NCBI RefSeq assembly: GCF_035084215.1
Contig: NC_090327.1
Span: forward strand, 94,054,001-94,118,000
DNA length: 64,000 nt
Source of the DNA: Heptranchias perlo
Lineage: Eukaryota
Direction: 5' to 3'
Of the stretch, positions 1 through 11,495 are shown in pieces. A model generated the notes under the pieces. That model was not told the DNA's origin and ran no database searches. It was given only the letters and a program-made list of their open reading frames with translations. The position numbers were made by a program, and so were the translations under genes. How positions within the stretch are numbered: position 1 is the first letter of the stretch; each line of letters opens with the position of its first letter.

Positions 1-46
1 ACCAGGCTTTTTTAAAAAAGAAACATGAAAAGAAGCCAAATTTTTA

Positions 47-108
47 GGTTCTGACAAAGGGTCGCAAGTCCTGAAACGCTAACCCGCCAGCATTTTCTGT
101 TTTTATAA
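47..108 (+). mobile_element. Degenerate PLE 3' remnant (family B) with decayed hammerhead
   Basis: gttCTGACAAagggtcgcaagtcctGAAACgctaac followed by ccagcattttctgttttta, the same tail as the 8258 and 22914 elements. Confidence 0.55.
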
Positions 109-659
109 AAATGTCTATTTACTTCACAATATACAGGATAGAAATAGACCCTAGGGCATTACTATATTGTGGCATGAACCCACATACTTCTGACTTAGGT
201 GGCATTATTACTAACCGAGCCAAGCCAACATTTGACAATTATGGTCCCAGATATCTTCCCACGGGGATGGGGAGAAAGAGGGGCGAGGGCGATGCATCGT
301 AGCGCAAATGCCGAGATACACACACTGTGAACCTCCACTGCTGACCGCACTAAAGTGCTAAGGGACAAGTAGTGGTCCATTAATTAACATCTGAATGGCG
401 GGCACCTGTGTAACTAGGGGTCCTGCCACATTAATGATGCTGGAAATTCCAGCGCAAGTAATTAAGCATGGGTTTGGCGGGGGAGGAGGATGGGGGACCC
501 TCCAGAAAGGATAGACAAGTGCTCATGTGGCTCCCTTTTAAATATTTTTAAAATACTTTCCCTACCTTTTCTTTGGCGGTCCAGAGCACAACGCACGGTT
601 TCGTCATTTGTGCCAGCCTTAAATTCTCCCCCTGCTCAGAGAGGCTAGAAATGATGGAA

Positions 660-1128
660 CTGCAAACGGGCTTCAAGGGTTAAGTTACGAGGAGAGATTA
701 CACAAATTGGGGTTGTATTCTCTGGAGTTTCGAAGGTTAAGGGGTGATCTGATTGAAGTTTAAGATATTAAGGGGAACGGATAGGGTGGATAGAGAGAAA
801 CTATTTCTGCTGGTTGGGGATTCTAGGAGTAGGGGGCTCAGTCTAAAAATTAGAGCCAGACCTTTCAGGAGTGAGATTAGAAAACATTTCTACACACAGG
901 GTGGTAGAAGTTTAGAACTCTCTTCTGCAGACGGCAATTGATACTAGCTCAATTGCTAAATTTAAATCTGAGATAGATAGCTTTTTGCCAACCAAAGGTA
1001 TTAAGGGATATGGGCCAAAGGCAGGTATATGGAGTTAGATCACAGATCAGTCATGATCTTATCAAATGGCGGAGCAGTTTCGAGGGGCTGAATGGCCTAC
1101 TCCTGTTCCTATATTCCAATGTTCCTAT
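660..1128 (+). mobile_element. CR1 LINE 3' fragment
   Basis: ORF piece FKILRGTDRVDREKLF...RPFRSEIRKHFYTQ matches the CR1 ORF2 C-terminus seen at 18905-20362; ends aatggcctactcctgttcctat with a short-repeat tail. Confidence 0.9.
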
Positions 1129-1919
1129 TTAATGTCCTCACTCCAGCTCTAGTCCCTCTGCTGAGAGACAGACAATCCTCAAACTACTACCAGTGTCAAC
1201 CTGTAACCAGATACTGTAGCACGCCATGCTGAGTCATTCATCTCTTTCCCCTCCTCCACTAAAAGAATTGTGTTCCACTCAGTACTCCTCATCAAGATGA
1301 CAAAGCACCATTCAAGAACTGCTTACTCAAGATGCAGGTAGAAAAAGGACTTGGGTGCCTGCCTCCTGCTATGTGTTCTTCCTTGCCTGGCATTTCTCTA
1401 CAGCTTTTGAGTGATGGCAACATCTGACTTGACAATTTTGGATATAAATGCGAATGAATTCATGCTCAGATTCTCCATTAGCTTCCTTTGAAACTTCAAC
1501 TTCATTAATTACTTCACACACTATTGATTCACAGTTACTGTGCAAGGATGAGATTTCTTAATAGGCCTATTAAGAGCTGCAGGAGAATGTGAAGTTTATG
1601 GTAACATCTATTAGATAACAGCAAATGCTGCATCAACAACCTATATGAAATACTTCTCTCCTTGCCCATTGAACATCCCATCGCAAAATCCAAAGTGACT
1701 GCAGATAGGCTTGCCACTAGCCATATTTTCCAATTTATTATTAGCACAATTTTTACATTGCTGTACAATCAGATTATGTTGCTGGTTGTTAGAAATTCAA
1801 GGTTGCTCTAAATTACAGATGCAACCTCAGTATGACCAGTGTATCCAGAATTTTTGACATGATGGAAAACCACTAAGACCAGTCAATTATCCACTTATCA
1901 ATTGGGACTGAGAGACCGT

Positions 1920-3170
1920 AAACAGAACAAAGGGATTGGAATTCCTAAAACGTGTACAGGACTCCTTCCTCAGGGCAATTAGGGATGGGCAATAAATGCT
2001 GGCCTTGCCAGTGACACCCACATCCCATGAACAAATAAAAAAAAAATTGCTAGATTAGTTTATGAGTAATGAAACGAATCAGGTAGATGAGCTAAATGTG
2101 GGTGAGCAACTTGGGTGTAGTAACCACAATATGATACGGCTTAAGATCCAACTAGAAAGGGAAATGTCAGTCTAAAAAAATAGACCACCAGAGTGGATTA
2201 GGGCAGATTTTAGAAAGATGAGGGGCAAGCTAGCTGAGGTGAGGTGGAAGGAGAAATTGGCACATAGAATTGTAGAGCAAAGTGGGATTTTTTAAAAAAG
2301 ATATAGAATAAGTATATTCCATTAAAAAAAGGAAACTACTATCCCATGGATAGATAAAGAGGTTAGAAACCAATTAAAATTGAAAAAGAGGGCCAATGAG
2401 GACTGTAAGAAGAATAATAAAAAAATTGAAGGAGAATATGAGAAAATAAGAGTTTAAGAGCGGGATACGGCATGAGGAAATTTAAAAAAAAATCAAAAGG
2501 AACAGTAAAGTATTTTACAAGTATATCAATAAAAATAGAATTGTCAAAAGTGAGGTGGGGCTCCTTTCAATTTGTAGATGATGATCAAAAAATGGCAAAG
2601 GTATTTAGTAAGTACTTTGCACCAGTCTTTACTAAAGAGAAGGATATCGGAAAGGAGGTGAATGCTGAAATAGCTGAGAGCAAGATGGGAGAGAATTGTA
2701 AAGGATAAAACGAACATTTTTTAGATAACTTAGGGTAAAGGAAGGCAAAGCACCAGGGCCCGATGGGATCCTGAGGGAGAGGAGGGAGGAAACTGCAGAA
2801 GCCCTAGAAATTATATTTCAGGGCTCTACTGAATGTGGAAGTGTGCCAGAGGACTGGTGAGTGGCCAATATAGTTCCTGTTTTAAAAAGGGAGACAGAGT
2901 TAATCCGGGTAATTACACGCCAGTTAGAATAACATCTGTGGTACGATAAAATTTTTAAGGGGCTTTAATTGAGGATGAAATTATTATGTGTCTAGATAAA
3001 GAGAAAATAGTCATCAGTAGCCAGCACAGATTTCAAAAAGGATGATTGTGCTTGATGAACCTCGTAGAATTCTTTGAGGAAGTAACACATGGTAGATAAG
3101 GAAATGCAGTGGATGTAATGTACATGGACTTTGGCAAAGTACCACATGGGAGATTACTAGAGAAGTAAAC
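1920..3170 (+). mobile_element. Old, degraded CR1 ORF2 fragment (endonuclease end to RT start)
   Basis: Residual motifs FLKRVQDSFL, KYFAPVFTKE, APGPDG, PEDW..ANIVPV, PGNYTPV and NLVEFFEEVT..AVDVMYMDF, with many stops and frameshifts. Confidence 0.85.
1971..2046 (+). mobile_element. Short 3' end of a second LINE family with poly(A), nested in the old CR1
   Basis: agggcaattagggatgggcaataaatgctggccttgccagtgacacccacatcccatgaacaaata(a)n matches the reverse complement of ~4003-4080. Confidence 0.85.
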
Positions 3171-4002
3171 TGATAAAACAAGGTTTGTTTTCACTCAACA
3201 TGTGAAAATAGCTTGTAACTCACTCATGTCCTTTATTTGCGAGTTAGGTCGCCTGCACTTAATCAACACTTGCCACTATGTAGTTTTCTAAAAACTGCAG
3301 TGGCAGAATTGGCTCAGCACAACTACTCTACTTTACAAGGGCTGCTTAGGCATTACAGATGCATAACCAATTAAAATATGCCAGGAGCTTAAGTATGTGT
3401 TGTGCAAAGGTCCCTTCAAAAGATTTAAATTAATTTGCCAATTAATATGTAAATATGCTCTTCTATAAATTTTCCCCAGTAATGCAAGGAAAAGTAAGTC
3501 ATCTGAAATTCACAAACTATTCTCAAGCTGTGGAGATGCACATCACCTAGTTTTAAGTGTAGGGCAAGTTTGTTTTTGCAAAGCATAAGTTTTTTCATGA
3601 CTGGCGTGTGGCCTAAATGGCAATTCTGGACAGCCACTTTTGTGCAGTGCACAAGGAAAGTCCCAACTACTAAGAGGTAATAATTCTAAATATTGCAAGG
3701 TAGCACACCCAAGGGTTTATTGAAGATCATGAGTAGAATGTGACTACCCGGTGCTTTTAATCTGGGACCAAGCTGAAATAAACATTTAGGTCTTATCGCA
3801 TGATCGCAGCACTTCTGCAGCAGTGCCACTCCAAAGCCCTTAGTGATGGATGACAGTCCCACAAAATTACTGGTGTAGCATCAGTACAAATTTCATTTTA
3901 AACGAAAACTACCAGTTGCTGCACATTCGGCAAGCAGTTCATCACTGCGCTCATGACTACAACCAAAAACTAGATGCTGCTGTGTGTGCACTTGGTAACT
4001 GA

Positions 4003-4648
4003 TTTTTTTTTTTATTCGTTCACGGGATGTGGGCTTCGCTGGCAAGGCCGGCATTTATTGCCCATCCCTAATTGCCCTCGAGAAGGTGGTGGTGAGCCGC
4101 CTTCTTGAACCGCTGCAGTCCGTGTGGTGACGGTTCTCCCACAGTGCTGTTAGGAAGGGAGTTCCAGGATTTTGACCCAGCGACAATGAAGGAACGGCGA
4201 TATATTTCCAAGTCGGGATGGTGTGTGACTTGGAGGGGAACGTGCAGGTGGTGTTGTTCCCATGCGCCTGCTGCCCTTGTCCTTCTAGGTGGTAGAGGTC
4301 GCGGGTTTGGGAGGTGCTGTCGAAGAAGCCTTGGCGACTAGTCTGTGGGACAGCTCTCCCAATTTTGGCACAAGTCCCCAGATGTTAGTAAGGAGGACCT
4401 TGCAGGATCGATTGGGCTTGGTGTTTTGCCGTTGTCGTGTCCGGTGCCTAGTGGTCCGATGCCGGGTGGTCCGTCCGGTTTTATTCTTATTATGACTTTT
4501 CGTAGCGAGATTTTACAACTGAGTGGCTTGCTAGGCCATTTCAGAGGGCAATTAAGAATCAACCACATTGCTGTGGGTCTGGAGTCACATATAGGCCAGA
4601 CCGGGTAAGGGCGGCAGGCTTCCTTCCCTAAAGGACATTAGTGAACCA
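4003..4648 (-). mobile_element. Internally deleted LINE (CR1/L2-group-like): 5' region and endonuclease start fused to RT 3' end and poly(A)
   Basis: Minus strand encodes NIWGLVPKLGELSHRL (APE N-terminus-like) down to ~4338, then jumps to the ORF2 end (SKSWNSLPNSTVG...LQRFKKAAHHHLL) and an A-tail. Confidence 0.75.
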
Positions 4649-5767
4649 TTTAACACAAAGTACTGCATTACTCTTGAAAATATTCACAGCCTTTCAGGTC
4701 ATCTGGAAATCCTGTAGTTTTAACGTAATGAAAAATACACCGTGATCATTGTAGAAGTTCCCTTATTCTTTGCCACGGTCTAGGAACTGGAATGCAAGCA
4801 ATACTGCAGATTGCCAAAGCCATGTTCTGTTGCAATGAACGTTCACTGTGACTACCCTTACTGTAAATCATCCCTTATTGTGTGATTTTTTTTTTGAAAA
4901 CATTTGAACACACATGTGAAAAAAGTCTTGTTATGAAGTAATAGAGTATGAAGGACAAATTTTGGTATTTAAATGGAAACCATTTTCTGAAGTGGTCACG
5001 GGGAAAAGAAAGCAACAAAGACTGAATCTCAACTCCAAGACTCATTTTACATAGCAATGCCTAGAACGAAACAGATCACAATGGGAAACATCTCAGCTAT
5101 GCAAAAGGTCATGGTCAGTCCATTGGTAACTAAGCAACATTTTCAGAAATGGTAGTGTAGGTATGCAGTAATCCTGGCAAAGGCATACAGAGGAACGGGC
5201 AATACCTATGGCTTGGTTCACAATATCACAACAATTTTAAAAGGATATCAAAACTGAACTGTTATGTTAAGGTACTTTTCCACAAGTGCAAGGGGTGTGC
5301 CTGCATTACAAAAAGGAGTATAAAAGCAATAGACCATGATTTGAAATGGGGGAAATAAAATGCCATTAACATAGCTTGCAAACTATACATTAGAAAGTGA
5401 AAATATCTGCCTAGTCAGTAAGTCATCAACAGAATTGAACGGATCCTCAGGCTGTGCAAAGCAGATGATAAAGCAATTGTGGTCCCAGTTATTGGCATGG
5501 TGTTACAGAAAATGCACTCCAGTGTGCGACTTGGTGGAATTAGCTTTACCAGTCTCGAAACCTACTCAGACAGTTAACAACCTTAAAATACTAATTGTCT
5601 GCAGAAAACACTAAAGTCACATTTGCTATCAACCAAATGAACCTTTAAACAGGAATAAGTATATACTATAAGATCAATGATGATGTGGAGATGCCGGTGA
5701 TGGACTGGGGTTGACAATTGTAAACAATTTTACAACACCAAGTTATAGTCCAACGATTTTATTTGAA

Positions 5768-5808
5768 ATTTACAAGCTTTCGGAGGCTTCCTCCTTCCTC
5801 AGGTAAAT
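5768..5808 (-). ncRNA. Minimal type I hammerhead ribozyme (PLE family A)
   Basis: Minus strand: auuuac CUGAGGA a GGAGG aag CCUCC GAAAGCU U guaaau. 6-bp stem I, 5-bp stem II, palindromic AGCU stem III. Confidence 0.85.
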
Positions 5809-6077
5809 GTCAGGAACTCCTCGAAGCCTACGCATTTATAAATCACAGAACAATACATGGTGATTACAGATAGTCTTTGCAACTGCCCGTTGCCAAGGCA
5901 ATCACAGTGTTCAGACAGAGAGGTGTTACCTACAGAGCCCCGGAATATACAGTCAAAAAAACCCCAAACAAACAGAAAAAAAAACAGAGAGAGAGAGGCA
6001 GAAACATCCGGAAGGCAGAGAAAGCCAGCAAATGACCCGTTATATTAAAAACAGATAGCTTTTGTTCGCTGGTGGGG

Positions 6078-6272
6078 TTACGTGTAGCGTGACATGAACC
6101 CAAGATTCTGGTTGAGGCCGTCCTCATGGGTGCGGAACTTGGCTATCAATTTCTGCTCGACGATTTTGCGTTGTCGTGTGTCTCGAAGGCCGCCTTGGAG
6201 TACGCTTACCCGAAGGTCGGTGGCTGAATGTCCCTGACTGCTGAAGTGTTCCCCGACTGGGAGGGAACCCTC
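6078..6272 (-). pseudogene. C-terminal fragment of PLE GIY-YIG endonuclease
   Basis: SLPVGEHFSSQGHSATDLRVSVLQGG...EQKLIAKFRTHEDGLNQNLG*; the HF..H..D...E...I...T...GLN pattern of PLE GIY-YIG domains. Confidence 0.85.
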
Positions 6273-6461
6273 CTGCCTCTCTCTCTCTCTTTTTTTTTCT
6301 GTTTGTTTTTTTTTTGACTGTATATTCGGGGGCTCTGTAGGTAACACCTCTCTGTCTGAACACTGTGATTGCCTTGGCAACGGGCAGTTGCAAAGACTAT
6401 CTGTAATCACCATGTATTGTTCTGTGATTTATAAATACGTAGGCTTCAAGGAGTTCCTGAC

Positions 6462-6502
6462 ATTTACCTGAGGAAGGAGGAAGCCTCCGAAAGCTTGTAA
6501 AT
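6462..6502 (+). ncRNA. Minimal type I hammerhead ribozyme (inverted copy, family A)
   Basis: atttac CTGAGGA a GGAGG aag CCTCC GAAAGCT T gtaaat. Confidence 0.85.
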
Positions 6503-8257
6503 TTCAAATAAAATCGTTGGACTATAACTTGGTGTTGTAAAATTGTTTACAATTATAAGATCAATGAATTTAGAGTATGTTACTGGGAGGATCAGTTTGG
6601 GTACAAAAGTGACTTTCATTAGCAAAACAGCCATTCATCATAGTTGATTACAGTACAATAAAACAACACACCCTTTTCTAATCCACAAAAGCTAACACAC
6701 CACCAATAAAAGCATAGTTAAACTACATTTGCCATACGTTTTCCCTGCATCAGGATATGACACTCAGACATAAACTGGAATGGTGTATTCAAATTCTGCA
6801 GCATGATCTAAATTAGAATTGCGGTCAGAGTGGATACTGTATGCTTTTATCTGTTCTTGAATTATCTATTATATTTGTTGGAAGACTTTTAATTTCAATT
6901 AAACTGCAATCAGCAAATGTTCTGAATAAAGGCTGATTTCTGCAGAGCAAAAGCTTAAATCCAGAGTATGACAGCTTAAACGGATAACAAAAAAGATTGG
7001 TGTTGCTGAATCCCTAGTTGTGAAAAAAATATACTGGCAGATCATTAATCCCTTCCTTCAAACTGCAACTAATATGATTTAGCCATCGAGATACTGTATG
7101 TGCTGACGTCAATACAAACATGTACCAGTGGCTCTACCGACATTTGTGTTTTCACCTTTCGCTGACTGATGATCATAGACAGTATATTAACCTGTTGTTG
7201 ACTGATGATCACTAGTTAACAGCAATAGAAATAAATAGCATGTGTATTGAAATTGCTTTAACAAAGACAGTTGAGTGAATTTAAAATTGCTCCAGTGTTA
7301 AAACTGATTGATGGAAGCTCTAAATCTATGCTTCCTACATAAATACTTAGACTGGAGGGATCTGCAGTTCATAAGAGTAAAAATGCTGCAGCCTCTGGAC
7401 GGTTATCCTGACTGCTTGCACCAGAATTCTTGGTGGAGAAACATGCACAAGAATTTAAAGCTTTTGACTGATATTTTAATGGGAGTTGGAACATCCACAG
7501 GAATTAATTCTTTCAGAGGTCACTCCAATTCCCAGCCCACTGTAAACCCACCTGATGCTAGAAAGGATGCTCTGAATGATATACTGTACAGATAAATCTG
7601 GCTGTAGATATTTTACATCTAGCTTATCACAGATTTCTAAATAGGATATTATTTATTCATGCACTTGTCTCTGAACATTGAGATCAGCTTGACAACATAA
7701 ACCAATGACAAAGTAAACAGTAGCTATTGGGCTGCCACTTCACACAGAGAAGCCATCAGTTACTTGTCAAGATTTAAATGAAAAGGCTATAAAGGATTCT
7801 GTAAAACTGTACTGAATGATGAGCAGATAATCAATCAGGGTTAACTTCAGTATAAAGCAACAAGTTTATTTAACAAATGATTGCAGCAGGATTGATATCA
7901 ATTTAAGAATTATATTTATTTTAAAGAAATGATTCCCATACAGCAGGCATGTTAAAAAAAAATCTGCCTGATGATCTAGTTATTTTTTTAGGATTCTTCT
8001 AAAAGGTTAGATTTCAATAAAAGCACCACAGACTATATTCCTTTTTTCCAGTTTTCTTGAGTTCTGGAACCATACATGTGGATTCTGAACTGTGTGTTAC
8101 TTCCCTGGTGTCAGGATAAGGGGCAACAGTGCAGGTACGTAGCTCTTGTGGGGGGGGGGGGGGCGGGGAAAGAGGGAGAAAGAGACAAAATCAGCTGGAA
8201 GCCATTGTTCATTGCAAAGAGAAACAGGATTCAGGTTCCAAAATAGTTCCAGGATTT

Positions 8258-8464
8258 TGTTCCTCCCCTCCCTCCCCCCCTTGTACTTGCTCTGTACTTG
8301 CTTAAAAACTTTAACTCTAACATCTTCCAGTTCTGACGAAAGGTCTTCGACCTGAAACGTTAACTCTGTGTCTTTCTCCACAGATGCTGCCTCACTTGCT
8401 GAGCTTTTCCAGCATTTTCTGCTTTTATTTCAGATTTCCAGCATCCGCAGTATTTTGCTTTTGA
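8258..8464 (+). mobile_element. PLE 3'-end / pLTR fragment (family B)
   Basis: 10-bp TSD tccaggattt (8248-8257 / 8465-8474); contains an HHR and the tail ttcagatttccagcatccgcagtattttgctttt. Confidence 0.85.
8329..8365 (+). ncRNA. Minimal type I hammerhead ribozyme (PLE family B)
   Basis: agtt CTGACGA a AGGTC ttc GACCT GAAACGT T aact. 4-bp stem I, 5-bp stem II, palindromic ACGU stem III. Confidence 0.8.
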
Positions 8465-10331
8465 TCCAGGATTTAGAAGGTAAATTAAGTAGCAGGACCT
8501 CAAAAGGTGATAATCTCAGGATTACTACCATTGCCACGTGCTGTTGGTCCAGGATCGGCCTGACCAGTTCTGGGGCAGGAGTAAGCTCTATCGAAAGGAC
8601 AGGCTATAACTAAACCTAACTGGAACCAATATCCCTGCAAGGAGGTTGATTAGAGCCATATAGGATGGTTTAAACTAACATGGGGAGGGGGTGGGGGGGA
8701 AAAAGAAGAAAACTTGAAAATAGAGTGGGCAGCTCAGAAGGGAAAGTAAATTTTAGGTGTCTAGGTAGAAAGGTTGAAAGATATTAAGTAGGGAAAGATA
8801 GTAAAAAGGGAAGATTAGAAAGGGAGTGTGAGGAAAATTGAGCAAACAAAACATATGGGGCAATAAAAAGGCACATTAGTAAAAGAATAACCAAGGAAGG
8901 GCCACCAAGAGATGAAAGAGACAAGCTTGAGCTGGAGACTAGTAGAATGCTGGAGATACTAAATAAATACTGTGTCTCATTTTTCACAGAGGAAGTGGAT
9001 ATTGGGATTGTAGAATCACCAGCAACAAGCGTAAAACAATTAGTGGAAATTATTATTCAAAGGGAAATAGGACTAAAGATCATCAAATCAGTGGTTTCCG
9101 ATGATTTACATCCGAGGATCTCGAGGGAAGCTCGGGAAGAAATAGCAGAGACTGACAATAATTTAACAAAATTCAGTGAAAAAGAAAATTGTGTCAGAGG
9201 GTGGCAAATGTGACCCCCACCCCTCTTCAAAAAAGGTCAGGGGTAAGACAGAAAATTATGGGCCAGCTAGTTTTAATTGAGTTGTTGGTAAACTGCTGAA
9301 ATCTATAGCATGAGATGAAATTGTAAAGCACTTGGAGAAATATGAACAAATCAGGGTCAGTCAGCAAGCATTTAAAAAAAGGTAGTGCTTGACCAACTTT
9401 ATAGAATTCTTTAAAGAGAGGATAAAGGCAGCACATAATTAGATATGGTTTACATGGACTTTCAATAAGGTACCACATAAGAGACTTATGGCAAAGATAA
9501 TAGCACATGAGATTAAGGGAAATGTGGTCACATTGATAGAGAGATGGTTGCAAGGGATAAAGCAAAGGGTAGAGATAAAAGGAAATTTCTTGGACAAAGA
9601 AAATTTGGTAAGTGGTCAGTGTTAGGGCTGCTCTTATCTACTATATGCAAAATGTTCCGCACTTAGAAATTGGGGGAAGTTATATTGTAATTTTCTGATG
9701 ACACCAAATTGAATCTCTCTCTCTGCACCTTACATTTTTTGCTATTGAACATTCATCGGAACATACTTGTTATAACACTTAAGATGCATGGATTTTAAAT
9801 AGTCAAGTATATTTGTAAATTTTACGTATCACCTTTACTGTGCATTTTATAGTTGAGTGGCTCTGTTTTTTTTTTTAAGTACAACATGTCTAGATGCTCG
9901 ATCTCAAAAACTGCTCATCTTGTCAAAACCTGCTCCTTGCCTTCTGGGCAAGATTAATTACTGTATTTATGCATATTAATTACATTCTACATTCAGACAC
10001 TGACTTAAAAAGTACTGGCTTTACATAAGAGTTCAAAAAATCAGAATCAAAAAGAGCCAATTTTTCCCCCCATGGTCCCATAAATAACAATACAGTGAAG
10101 CACATGCAGCTGGATAACACTGTCCAAGTGTGGGGTTGGAGGTACACTGGAGGGGGATGTTCAAGGACATCAGAAATACTATTAATTGAAACAAGATATT
10201 TCAAAGTAATGCAGAACAACAAGCACAGACCAATTAAAAACATTTGGCAAGTACAACCGTGAAGCAAACTGGGTTTTGTATTTCCTCAGTTATATTTATC
10301 GTTGAAGACCCATGTTCTGGAGTGTTAGAAA

Positions 10332-11044
10332 TCCTGCCTTTTGACTAGGCGCATTTTTGAATTTGCCTTTATTTTCATTTGAATGTTGATCCTGAAAAAT
10401 TCAATTGTTATCAACTGGGAGATGGTCAGTGGGGTAATGAAGAACTGCTTCAAGAAAATGGATAAAGGGTGGAGGGATATGCAAAATGATGCTTTTGCAT
10501 GCTGGGAAGTGATCAGCCCCTGGGTGATTGGAGGTTGGTATTTCAGCCCTTATGTTTGCTTAGTTTCTTTTTGTAAACATTTCAGTTCACACATCAAGTT
10601 ATCCAGTCCATTGTGCTTTATTCTAGCAACATGGTACAGCACGGCTTGTGCCCATCATCCACGAGGTCCTGATCTTTGCTGTGCTGTTAAGAGGGAGACA
10701 CTGCATAAGAACTTTGCTCTTTCATATCATCGCCTCTCTATTCTCAGTTTATGACTGGGATGTGTCTCACCCAATCTCTGCCACGTCTATGTAACCTGAA
10801 TTCTCAGTCTGTCCGTGTGCACATTTTTGTTGCTGCTCTGGACTCAAGCCCATTGCCTCCATCTCCTTCTTTTCCCTCTCGGCCCGAGTCCTTCTCTCCT
10901 ACTCTCCGTTACTTGGACATGCAATCTTTCATTTCTCCCCTCTTGGGTACTTTGCCCCCTCCTCATCCCTACCCCAACGCATCACTAGTCCTCTGCCTTA
11001 CTGCTCTTCTGCCGCTATCCCAGGCTTCAACCTTGATGGTTAAA
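10332..11044 (-). repeat. ~720-bp unclassified repeat attached to a SINE 3' tail (copy 1)
   Basis: Colinear with the reverse complement of 49236-50373 once the CR1 insert is removed; translations VRVHIFVAALDSSP / VRVHIFAAALDSSP and SQASTL.V.ERKNLH are shared. Confidence 0.9.
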
Positions 11045-11495
11045 GAAAGAAAGAACTTGCATTAATATAGTGGCTTTTATGACCTCAGGATATCCCAAAG
11101 TGCTTTACAGCCAATGAAGTACTTTTGAAGTGTAGTCACTGTTGTAATGTAGGAAACGCGACAGCCAATTTGTGCACAGCAAGGTCCCACAAACTGCAAT
11201 GTGACAATCACTGGATAATCTGTTTGTGATGTTGGTTGAGGGATAAATGATGGCCAGGACACCGGGGAGAACTCCCCTGATCTTCCACGAATAGTGCCAT
11301 GGGATCTTTTACATCCACCTGAGGGGGCAGACAGAGCCTCGGTTGAATGTGTCATCCGAAAGACAGTGCAGCACTCCCTCAGTACTGCATTGAAGTGTCA
11401 GCCTGGATTATGTGCTCAAGTCTCTGGAGTGGGACTCGAACCCACAGCCTTCTGACTCAGAGGCGGGAGTTCCATCACTGAGCACGGCTGACACT
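11045..11495 (-). mobile_element. tRNA-head SINE with L2-type tail (DeuSINE/SacSINE1-like)
   Basis: Minus strand: A-box-like gtgctcagtgatgg, B box ggttcgagtccc, conserved body, (ttct)n tail; multiple copies in the window. Confidence 0.88.

Larger units (their letters stand above)
5681..6553 (-). mobile_element. 5'-truncated Penelope-like element (family A) with inverted pseudo-LTRs
   Basis: 14-bp TSD tataagatcaatga (5667-5680 / 6554-6567); ~285-bp inverted arms 5716-6001 / 6273-6554; ~35-bp unpaired tail 5681-5715; GIY-YIG C-terminus between the arms. Confidence 0.92.
8200..9715 (+). mobile_element. Old degraded CR1 with ORF1 and ORF2 remnants, interrupted by a PLE fragment
   Basis: Frameshifted KLSSRTSK/VIISGLLP (esterase-type ORF1-like), EILNKYCVSFFTEE, DDLHPRISREAREEIAE and tctgatgacaccaaattg (DDTKL). 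Confidence 0.75.

Noticed and set aside
5857-6413. Two ORFs starting MVITDSLCNCPLPRQ as duplicated genes
   Set aside because: Artefact of the PLE inverted repeat; only the GIY-YIG portion is real coding remnant.
5716-6554. DNA transposon with long terminal inverted repeats
   Set aside because: The long TSD, asymmetric tail, GIY-YIG stub and HHRs fit a Penelope-like retroelement better.
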